64,000 nt of DNA, taken from the NCBI RefSeq assembly GCF_030684315.1, contig NC_081396.1, positions 4,898,001-4,962,000 of the forward strand, read 5' to 3'. The notes under the pieces are model-generated. The model was not told where the DNA came from. It saw only the letters and a list, made by a program, of their open reading frames with translations, and ran no database searches. The translations under genes and the position numbers were made by a program. Below are positions 50,213 to 59,835 of this stretch, piece after piece. Within the stretch, counting starts at the first letter, position 1. Every line of letters begins with the position of its first letter. Source of the DNA: Stegostoma tigrinum. Lineage: Eukaryota.

Positions 50213-52169
50213 CTGCAAAATTGATTTAAAAATGGAAAAACTGGGAGTGATACAGAACCACAACACAAAAGCAGGTTGTAAAATTGAACAAAAATGAATT
50301 TAAACGTTTCTGGAGTCAGCAGGAGGAAAGGCTGATAGTGAAAGCAGCTAGATTGCCCTACAAACCCAACTCCTTCAGTGATGTCATTCTGGGACAGGAA
50401 CCTGCAGCCCAAACTAGACCAAACACAAGACTCAGCCACCTGTCTCCTGCAGAAGCCTACAGAATAAAGAGGAGAGATTTTAAAAGGAGAAAATTTTAAA
50501 GACTGTCCCAAACCCTCAAATAGCGCTACTTAGTGGGACCACGAACACCATCAGCTCAACTTACCTTCCAAATCAGATAGTCCTAACTTGTCCGATATCC
50601 AGTACTATGAACAGAAATTTCCAACACTTAAGTTGGGAAGACTGAAGCTAATGTCTATGTCCTCATCTAATGAGCTCCTTGGCAACTGTCTCAACTTAAC
50701 TTCTCAAAACTCATGTCATATGAGTTTCAACCATTTACCCAGGATCCAGGATTGACTACTTACTTACATGTCAGTAACACCACCTGACCCCACCTTAGTT
50801 CCAATTCAATTCAAAGTGAAATAGTTCTCCATTCCTTCATTACCCCAGATTTACCCTGTATTTTCCACAGAACCTGGTGCTCACTGACCTCAAGTCTCCA
50901 GTTTAAGAAGCACTTAGAATTTTAAAATTGTCTTCCTTATTTATTAATTCCTCCATCACCTCCAGCCTCCTAACCCTCTAAAATCTCTGCGCTCAATTAA
51001 TTCTTATTTTCTCAGCATTGCTGACTTCAATAAGCACCCTGGAATCCCATCAGTAAACATCTTCCCCTCACTTTTCTACTTCAAGCTATTTCTGAAAACA
51101 TTCATTTGACACAAAGTTGTCACTTGTCTAATATTTTCCTATGTTCTTGGAATCATATGATGTTTATAACATTTGTGAAATAACATGCAATATTTGCTAG
51201 AAGTACAAACTGGTTTATGAACTTTCCAGTTAGAAGCTAGGGTAGGCCCCTCAGACTTCCATCATTCATTAAGATCATGGCTGATCTGATTATTCTACAT
51301 TCCCACAGATCCCAACATCTTTTCACCTTGAATTCCGATGAAGGGTCACTGGTCTTGAGACATTAACTTTTTTTCTAAGCAGATTTTGCCAGACTGGCTA
51401 AGTCTCTCCAGTAACTTTTTTTGTTTCAACCTCCCACCTTGTTCAATCAATCCAGCTCTGCCTTAAAAATGTTCAAAAGAGCTCCAATTGCTTCTTGATA
51501 ATTCAAGAGACTGTGGCAAAATGATTCTCCAAATTTCTGCCGTAAGTGGGTAACCTCTTGTCAGATGGAACCCTCCCTATAGATTCTCCAAAAAGAAGCA
51601 TCCTCCCCACATGCACTGTGAAGTCTCTTCAATGTGTTCATTAAATTTGCATTTTACTCTAAAAACCCCAATAGATACAACTCTAAACTGTCAAATATAC
51701 CCATAAACTACATTCCATCCATTAAATCGATTAAACCTTTTCTGAGCTGCTTCCAATGCATTTATTTTCTTTGAGTGAAGACACTAGCACAATAAATACC
51801 ATTCCAGATCTGATCTACCCAATGGTCTGTGTAACTGAAGTATAACTTGCCTACTTTTACATTCAATTCTGCTCCAGCATTTTTAGTTTCCTAATTTCTT
51901 GTACCTGCTGACTAATCTTGAGATTCATGGACTAGAACACTTTTTGCTCAGGACACTACAATTTTTCACTAGTCAATTTACCACATCTTTGTCCACTCAT
52001 TTAAACTCTTTGTAGTTGTCGTATGTCCCACTTCACAACCTATTTACCTCCATACTCTGTATCATCAGCAAATTTAACAATAATTATTTTACACCTTCAT
52101 GCAAGAGAATTATATACATTCGATCCCTTTGCACAGCATTTGTAACATTCATGCCACACAAATCCCACA

Positions 52170-52820
52170 CTAAGGCCATTACCAATATGAGTCAGTCAAT
52201 CTAAACACTGCCCCTTGACATTCAATGGTGTTACCATCAGAATCCCCCAATATCAGTATCTGAGGGTTAACTGACCAGAAACTCAAATGGACTTTCCACA
52301 AAAGCACAGTGGCTTCAAGAGCAGCTCAGAGGCTAGGAATACTGCTGAGTAACTCACTTCCTGACTCCCCACAGCTTGTCCATCATCTACAAGACGCAAG
52401 GAGTATGATGGAATACTCCCCTCTTGCTCAGATGAGTGCAGCTTCAACACAAGAAGTTTCACACCAAGAACAAAGCAGCCCATGTGATTGGCACAACATC
52501 CAAAAGCATCCACTCCCTTCACCGACACTCAGTGGCAGTGTGTACTATCTGCAAGATGCACTGCAGCAGTTCAAAGATCCTCAGACTGCACTTTCCAAAC
52601 CCATGACCACTTCCATCCGGAAGGATAAGGCAAACTGATACATGGGAACACCCACACCTGCAAGATTCCCTTCAAGCCACTCACCATCCTGACTCAAAAG
52701 TGTTATTGTCCTTTCAGTTTTGCTGGGTCAGAATCCTGAGATTCCCTCCCTAAGGGACATTGGGTCAAACCACAACAGGCAAGTAATGGTGGCCAGAGAT
52801 GCCAGCATTCCACAAGAGTA
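52170..52820 (+). mobile_element. LINE 3' end remnant
   Basis: ORF 52309-52638 RAAQRLGIL...RSMMEYSPLA (RT C-terminus), followed by 3' UTR gatacatgggaacaccc...caagccactcaccatcctgac. Confidence 0.7.
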
Positions 52821-53735
52821 TGAGACCCCCTTTATTACCTTTGGGTAACTGCCCCATTTCCTTCAAGGGACATGGCTGCAGATATGGCACCAGTACATCA
52901 GTTGCAACATTCACCACCAGGTCCAGAAGTCACTACCACCCACCTGCTGAGGGTCACACAGTCAATAAGTTAGAGAAACACTGCCATTAACTCATTTAGT
53001 AGCATTGTAGGTACACATTCATAAAACAGACTGCAGCAGTTAAAGGTGGTCAACCATTAACACTGATTATTTCACTGGTCAAATGGTCTGAGGACAGGCT
53101 CTATTCTGAACCTCGCAACTGATGAATTTAAATTCATTTCAATAAATCTGCAGTTAAAATCTAGTGAGTAATAGTACCATGAAACTCTGTCATAAAAACC
53201 CACCTGCTTCACTAATGCCCTTTTACAGAAGGAAATCTGTCTGGTCTAATGGGACTTCAGACTTACTGTAATACAGTTGACTCTTACCTCCCTCAGAAGA
53301 GGCTGGCTAAGGGCAATCAGCAAGAAATTTTGGTCTTGCCTGCAATGCCGCACCCCATTAAAAATTAGAAGCATCTACTCTGCTGTCAGCTGGGGTTTGG
53401 CAACATCTGCTGTTGGTCTCATCAGAAACACCCAAATTCCCAGAATATGTTGCATAAGTTTACGTACTAAAACAGATAAAATGCATCCAGTGAAATACCT
53501 TTCTTCCTGAATCAAAATAGCGTGCATTTAGCCGACAAAACTATCCGAGAACCTCCTTCCCTTTGGCAGTTTCATGGTGGAAATTGCAGGGTTCCAACGA
53601 CCTCGAGATTTTAACGTGGAGTTTGTCCTTCCGCAGATCCTCCTCCCTGTCCACTGCAGTTGAAACCGACTCAGCAAAGGCTTTCTAAAGGGAACAGGAA
53701 GAATAACAGAAGTTAACAAGCCTAGGCGAAGGGAG

Positions 53736-53878
53736 ATAGCAAAAAAAGTGTGTAGACCAAGGGTCTAGGCCCGAAACGTCAGCTTTTGTGCTCCTGAGAT
53801 GCTGCTTGGCCTGCTGTGTTCATCCAGCTCCACACTTTATTATCTTGGATTTTCCAGCATCTGCAGTTCCCATTATCA
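53736..53878 (+). mobile_element. Short Penelope pLTR insertion with ~14-bp TSD
   Basis: ctaggcgaagggag (53722-53735) and ctagacgaagggag (53879-53892) flank gggtctaggcccgaaacgtcagc...cccattatc. Confidence 0.88.
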
Positions 53879-53899
53879 CTAGACGAAGGGAGTATGACC

Positions 53900-54310
53900 G
53901 AGTGTCTTGCTGTTACTACAGAAGCAGCATAAACAGGACGACCTGAACGGCCTCTTCGTATCTTACGTTCACTCAAGCGGTCCTGCAACCTGCTCACGAG
54001 AACTACTTGGAAACCTAGAACCCAGCCACCACCTCGCAGTAAAACGCCTCCTCATTTGTCCACCTGAAAGGCGAAAGGTGGCCAGCAGCTCCGCCCGCCC
54101 TCAGTTACTCCGATTGGCTGGAGGAACCGTCGCACGCAATTGGTCTTCCGACAGTACGTCTTTTTCTATTGGTGCCGCTGTGCCATCAATCAGCTATGCT
54201 CCGGAGTGAGGTGCCGGGGGGCGGGTTATATTGGTGCGGGGGCGTGGCTGAGTGAGTGACGCCCTCATTATGCGGATAGAACCGGAAGTTGATCCCAGTT
54301 GCAGAGGAGC
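53900..54310. promoter_or_regulatory. CpG-island, probably bidirectional, promoter between two divergent ZNF pseudogenes
   Basis: ATTGG at 54113, 54139, 54168 and 54230; GC boxes gggggcggg and ggggcgtggc; ETS site accggaagt at 54281-54289. Confidence 0.75.
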
Positions 54311-54639
54311 GAGAGAGCCGAAGCTTTATTTGAAAAACAGAGTGGAGGAAAGTAATGGTGGAGGTGAATTTTTATTTAAGTCAAGATCGGAGCGAGAGTA
54401 TGTGGAACTGGGGTTTAAATCTCTGGGAGAAAATGAGTGGACGTGATCTCCGTGGAAACTGTATTTTGTCTAATCTGGATTTCCATTCTACACTGGCATT
54501 GATGACTTTTGTAAATTCATTTGACATGGGATTGCAAGGAAGGAGCGCGAGGCTCAAACGAAACATGGTATCAGGATCTGACTGAATCATTCTATCTGTG
54601 CTAAAATACTTAAACATCAACGTGACTGGAAAAGCACTG

Positions 54640-55950
54640 AAACACCCTAGAGTGAGAGTGTTCCCGTGAAGTGAATGAGTTTGCAACAGTTATGCAGCCC
54701 GAAATAAATTGTGCAGTTTTCAGTAAGCAGAAACTGTACAGATGTTTTGCTTGTGTGCAGAGACAAGGCTTCAATTAATTATCCACCCTGCAGAGTCACA
54801 AGGATATCTACCTGGTGGAGAACTGTGTGCATATGGAGAGTGTGGAAAGTGATTCAATTACCCTTTGAATTGATATTCATCAGCGCAGACACACTGGAGA
54901 GAAACCATTCATGTCTCCTAAGTGTGGGGAAAATATTTGCTTACTCATCCATCCTCTATATATATCAAATGGTACGCACTTGTAAGAGACATTTTGCCAT
55001 TGTTGAATGTCAGGAACGATCTGATGCTTCATCAAACCTCCTGATCAGGTTCATTTCGACCAGAGACCTTTTAAATGTTCTGACTGTGAGAGCAACTTTA
55101 AAAGCAAACAGGAGCTGCTGAGACATCAACACAGTAGTGACAACTCTCACTTGCTGCATTTGTGGAAAGGCATTCAGTCTGTCATCCCAACTTCTGACAC
55201 ACCAACTTGTTCGCACTGATCAGTGACCTTGTCCGTGTTCTGACTGTGGAAAATGTTTCAAAACTGAAAATGATTTGCAAATCCATCAACTCATTCTCTG
55301 GAGAGGGCCAGTCATCTGATCCCTGTGTGAGAGTAGAATCAGGTGTTTATCAGCAGGTTCACACTGATAAAAGACCTTCAAATTGTCCAGTTTGTGAGAA
55401 AGGCTTTAAAAGCAAACAAGATCTGTTAACACAGCAGTGAGTTGACACTGGGGAGAGACCAGTCACTTGCTACTTGGAAGGAATTCACTCGCTCATCCTA
55501 CTGTCTTGAGACACCAGCGAGCTCACACTGGAAAGAGCCATTCATCTTTTTGTGTGTGGAAAAGGATTCACTGATTCACCCTGTCTCCTGATACAGCAGC
55601 AAATTCACACTGGAGAGACTGTTCATTTGCTCCATATGTGGGAAGAGATTCGCTCAGCCATCCCAGCTCATTGACTACCAACTGGTTCACAGTGATCAAA
55701 GACATTCCAAATGTACTGACTGTGGGGAAAAAAAGCCTTAACAGCATAAAGTATCTGGTCACATACCACTGAGTTCACACTGGGTGAAGCCATTCACCTG
55801 TTCTGAGAGCAGGAAGGAATTCAGTCAGTCATCCCTCCTACTGAGCCATCAGCAGCTTCACGTAAGAGAGAGATTATGCATTTGCTCCAAGTGTGGGAAG
55901 AGATTTGCTCAATCATCCAACTTGTTGAGAAATCAACACATCCACAAGTG
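54640..55950 (+). pseudogene. C2H2 zinc-finger pseudogene
   Basis: More than 10 finger units with stops and frameshifts (e.g. QQVHTDKRPSNCPVCEKGFKSKQDLLTQQ*). Confidence 0.88.
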
Positions 55951-57181
55951 ATTGCTGGGTCAGATTCTGCAGTTGCAATCATATCCAGCACTGGATCACA
56001 TCCAGAACTGAGCCAAGGTCATTATGACAGGTGGGTTCTGTCTTTGCTGATGTTAATATTACTTATAACTGGGGTGGATGGACAATAAGTGCTGGTCTAG
56101 CCCGCAACATCCACACACTGTCAATGAATTTTTAAAGAATAATTAAGTTCGCTGTTCTGGTCAGAGCAGACAGTTTCAGTAGAGGAATCAAAAATGTCAG
56201 ATTGTCATAAAACAGTTGTCGCTGGTTTCTCCTTTTCCATTCACTTCCTTATTCTCCCGGGACTCCTGAAGTTTACACTCCTCCGAAAGGGCATCCTCGC
56301 TTATGCTGTGTTTGAGTTATTTTTTCACTCACTGCCCAGTCTGTGAATTTTGTAATGTTGTCTTGTATCATGTTACATTCTTCCTCAGTTTAGATACACA
56401 AGCTTGTTATCAGCTGCAAATTTCAACATTCAGTAATGTGTTCCCAAATCTTCAAAACCAGAAAATACTGAAAAGCACTCAGCAGGTCAGATGGCAACTC
56501 TGGACAGAGTGAATGTTTCAGGTCAGTGAGCTCTCATCAGATGTGGGGAATGTTAGACATCGAACAAACCTTGAGCAAGGGATGGGCAAGAGCATGACAA
56601 TAGGAAGGTCTGTGATATGGTGGAAGACAGGAGCAATTGAATGACAGAAACGTTTCTTTCTTTTCTAAGGAACTAAGAAACAAAAGATGTGCTTGGAGCA
56701 GATGTGCTGCCGACTGAAGGAAACAAAACACAGGACAGTGTTTGAGTGCCAAAATTGTGGAACTCGATGCTGAGTCCAGGAAGCTAGAAAGTGTGGAGGA
56801 AGGAAGGTGAGTAAGTCAGAAGCTCGTCATTTGGACCCACTGGCCCTGATTCAAACAGCAAATTGTAGGGCAGAATGCTTGAGCCCAAGGGAGAGGTGAT
56901 CACTGCCTGCTCATATACCTTCCTTGATCATCTCTACACACGGGTAACATTGGAGACAGAGCTTGCTGGAGAACCTTTTGCTGATTTTGGCTTTTTTAAT
57001 GTTGATTTGTTCTCCTATCTCATACTGGTTCCTAAATTGTCTTTTGTGAGTTTCAGTCCTGTGCTGCTCGTGGTCCTGACACTTTCATCTCCTTTTACAG
57101 GGGATTGGATGGAGACTTAAATGAACATCACATCAAATTGTGACAGAGTGACTCCTCAGCAGGGCCTGAACATCTTTGCCT

Positions 57182-57366
57182 GTCCGTAACTCGCTCCTGG
57201 GTATCTGTTGTCCTGTATATAAACCATCCTGAACCTCTCGATCAGATTCCAGTCTGTAACTCGCTCCTGGGTATCTGTTGTCCTGTATATAAACCATCCT
57301 GAACCTCTCAAGTAGATTCCAGTCTGTAGCTCACTCTTGGGTAGCTGTTATTTTATATATAGACCA
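57182..57366 (+). repeat. 70-bp minisatellite (~2.6 copies)
   Basis: gtaactcgctcctgggtatctgttgtcctgtatataaaccatcctgaacctctc repeats at 57186, 57256 and 57326. Confidence 0.92.
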
Positions 57367-57744
57367 ATCACCCTAAAGGTGTTCTCTGTGCTGGTAACAT
57401 TGTTTCTCTTTTTCCTCTCCTTTGCACTACCACCTCCACCCACGCACCCTGGACCTCAGCCACAGTGTGGCCTACCCAGATGAGGCCTTCAGCTCATCCT
57501 GGGCCAGCAGGAAAGACAGGTTTCACCTCTCTTCTACATAACGTCGGTGAGCTGATGTTTGTTGACTCTCTGGGAGTCTGGCTGTTTGCCATGGAGCCAA
57601 TAACTTAGACCTTGACCACAGTGCGCTGAGGATGTAGGCCTACGGACCTGTTGCAGGTTGTGTGGTTGCTTGGCAGTAGGGTAGTAATCTCACTGCATTT
57701 CCCATTCACCATGGCCTACGGCTGAGAGGCTACAAGCCTCCAGA

Positions 57745-57900
57745 GGTTAGATATAGAGTAAAGCTTCCTCTACTCTGTCTCCCCATCAAACACTCCTAGG
57801 ACAGGGACACCACTGGGGTTAGATAGAGAGTAAAGCGTCCTCTACACTGTCCCCCATCAAACACCCCCAGGAACGGGACAGCACGGTGTTAGGTACAGAA
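57745..57900 (+). repeat. ~70-72-bp shark satellite (ggttagatacagagtaaagctccctctacactgtccccatcaaacactcccaggacagggacagcac type)
   Basis: Two or more tandem units. Further units at ~59836-59985 and ~61305-61390. Confidence 0.85.
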
Positions 57901-58107
57901 TACAGGTCCTTGTGACCTGCTGCTAGGTGAATGTACCTTAATAAAAATTGCAGAGATCTGAGAAAGACTCTGCCACTGTCCGCCTGAATAATCTGCCTGT
58001 GTCTCTGTTGCTCATTTCTCCCTCGTTTTTTTCTATCCTCCCCTCTCTTTCACAGTCTATCTCTCACTTCCTCTCAGTCTGCATCTCTTTCTCTCTGTCA
58101 CTATGTC

Positions 58108-58239
58108 NNNNNNNNNNNNNNNNNNNNNNNNNNNNNNNNNNNNNNNNNNNNNNNNNNNNNNNNNNNNNNNNNNNNNNNNNNNNNNNNNNNNNNNNNNNNN
58201 NNNNNNNNNNNNNNNNNNNNNNNNNNNNNNNNNNNNNNN
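58108..58239. other. Assembly gap (N run)
   Basis: 132 consecutive N between CT-rich tracts. Confidence 0.99.
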
Positions 58240-58299
58240 TCCCCCCCCCCCCCCAACACCGATTTGATCTTCCTACAGTTTCTCTCTGTCTGTACCACC

Positions 58300-58447
58300 T
58301 TCAGGCATCTACTTGTGTTTTACTGGTTTGAACTGGGAATGATTCAGTTCCCACTGACCCAAGCCCCAATCCCAGCTCCTTGACTGAGCCAGGAGGAGAT
58401 TGCAGTGAGATGCCACCAGCGGAGAGATAGAGGGAGAGAGGAAGACA

Positions 58448-58487
<40 letters not shown>

Positions 58488-58880
58488 CCAGGCAACACAC
58501 AGACTGGCAGAGAGAAACTGAGGAAGAAATGGAGAGAGACACAGAGAGGGATAGAGAATGCGACTTTCTCCCAGTCTCTCTGTTTCCCTCTCCCTCTCAA
58601 TCTCTCTGTGTCCGTTTGACTGTCTCTGTCTGTCTGCCAGTCTCTGTATTTTTCTCCGTCTCCCTCCCACCCTGTCAATCTCTCACTCTCTACAGTCTCT
58701 CTGTGTCTGTACCGCCCTCAGGCATCTGTTTGTGTTACACTAGTTTGAACTGGGAGCGATCCAGTTCCCACTGACCCAGCCCCAATCCCAGCACTGTATG
58801 TGAGCCAGCAGCAGATCACAGTGAGACGCTACCGAGAGAGAGACCGTGTGTGAATATGACTTTCTCCCAGTCTTTCTGTC
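58300..58880 (+). repeat. Local direct duplication (~140-bp core, ~418-bp period) upstream of SCNN1A
   Basis: tcaggcatct...gtttgaactggga...cagttcccactgaccc...ccccaatcccagc...gagccag...cagtgaga at 58301-58430 and 58718-58845. Confidence 0.85.
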
Positions 58881-59400
58881 TCCTTCTAGCTCTGTTTTTT
58901 TTTTCTCTTTTCCCCTCTGCTCTCTCTCTTACCCCCATACACTCTCTCTATCTCTTCCCCCCCACTCGCTCTGTCTTCCCCCCAACTCTGTCTCTCCACC
59001 CCCAACTCTCCCTCTCTTTCCCCCACTCTCTCTCTCTCTCTTTCTTCCCCCCACACTCTCTCTCTCTCTCTCTCCCCCCCAACTCTCTCTGCCTTCCCCC
59101 CCACTCACTCTCTTCCCCCCCAGTTCATGCTGTCTCCCCCCCCCCCCACTCTGTCTCTGTCTTCCCCCCGGACTCTCTCTCGCTTCCCCCCACACACTCT
59201 CTTTTCCCCCCTCTCTCTCTCTCTCTCTCTCTTTCTCTTTCTCTTCATCCCCTTCGCTTTCCCGCTGTCTCTCTCTCCCCCACCCACTCTCTCTGTCTTC
59301 CCCCCCAACTCGATCTCTCTCTTCGCCCCCAACTCTCTCTGTCTCTTCACCTCCCCTACTCTCGCTCTCTTCCACCGCCCCCCCCCCCCCCCCAACCAAC
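58880..59400 (+). repeat. Polypyrimidine (CT/C-rich) low-complexity tract
   Basis: Almost exclusively C and T for ~500 bp. Confidence 0.9.
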
Positions 59401-59473
59401 AACTTGCGCTTCCGTCCTCCGCCATTCTTCCACTCTCCATCCTCCCACATTCTCCGTTCTTATCCCCACAGAG

Positions 59474-59835
59474 ATGCCGGACAAGGAGAGCGGGCGGGGG
59501 GCCAAGGAGGGAGCGAGGCTGGAGGAGGGTGAGGCCGGGATGACGGAGGACACTGAGGGCTGGCTGGAGATGCCATCCTCGTACGCGGAGACTCTGAGCA
59601 CCTTCTGCAGCATGACCACCATCCACGGGGCGGTGAGGCTGATCTGTACAGAGGGCAATCGGATGAAGACCAGCCTGTGGGCAGCCATCCTGGCACTCAC
59701 GCTGGGTGCCATGTACTGGCAGATCGGTCTCATCTGCCGGCAGTACCTCCAGTTCCCGGTTCAAATCTCCTTGTCGATTCACAGTGGCAACATACAGTTC
59801 CCCACTGTCACCGTCTGTACTCTCAACCCATACCG
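59474..59835 (+). CDS. SCNN1A: SCNN1A first coding exon (N-terminus, HG motif, TM1)
   Basis: MPDKESGRG...[11 protein letters not shown]...[13 protein letters not shown]; donor cg|gtaag. Confidence 0.92.

Noticed and set aside
57370-57410. Possible glucocorticoid/mineralocorticoid response element upstream of SCNN1A
   Set aside because: Does not fit AGAACAnnnTGTTCT spacing
57182-57900. CRISPR-like regular repeats
   Set aside because: Head-to-tail minisatellites with no unique spacers, in a vertebrate context with no cas genes
58846-59473. Long Ser/Leu/Pro-rich ORFs and an apparent N-terminal extension of SCNN1A (ORF 58850-59839)
   Set aside because: Low-complexity CT tract lacking stops by composition. 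A splice acceptor precedes the ATG at 59474.
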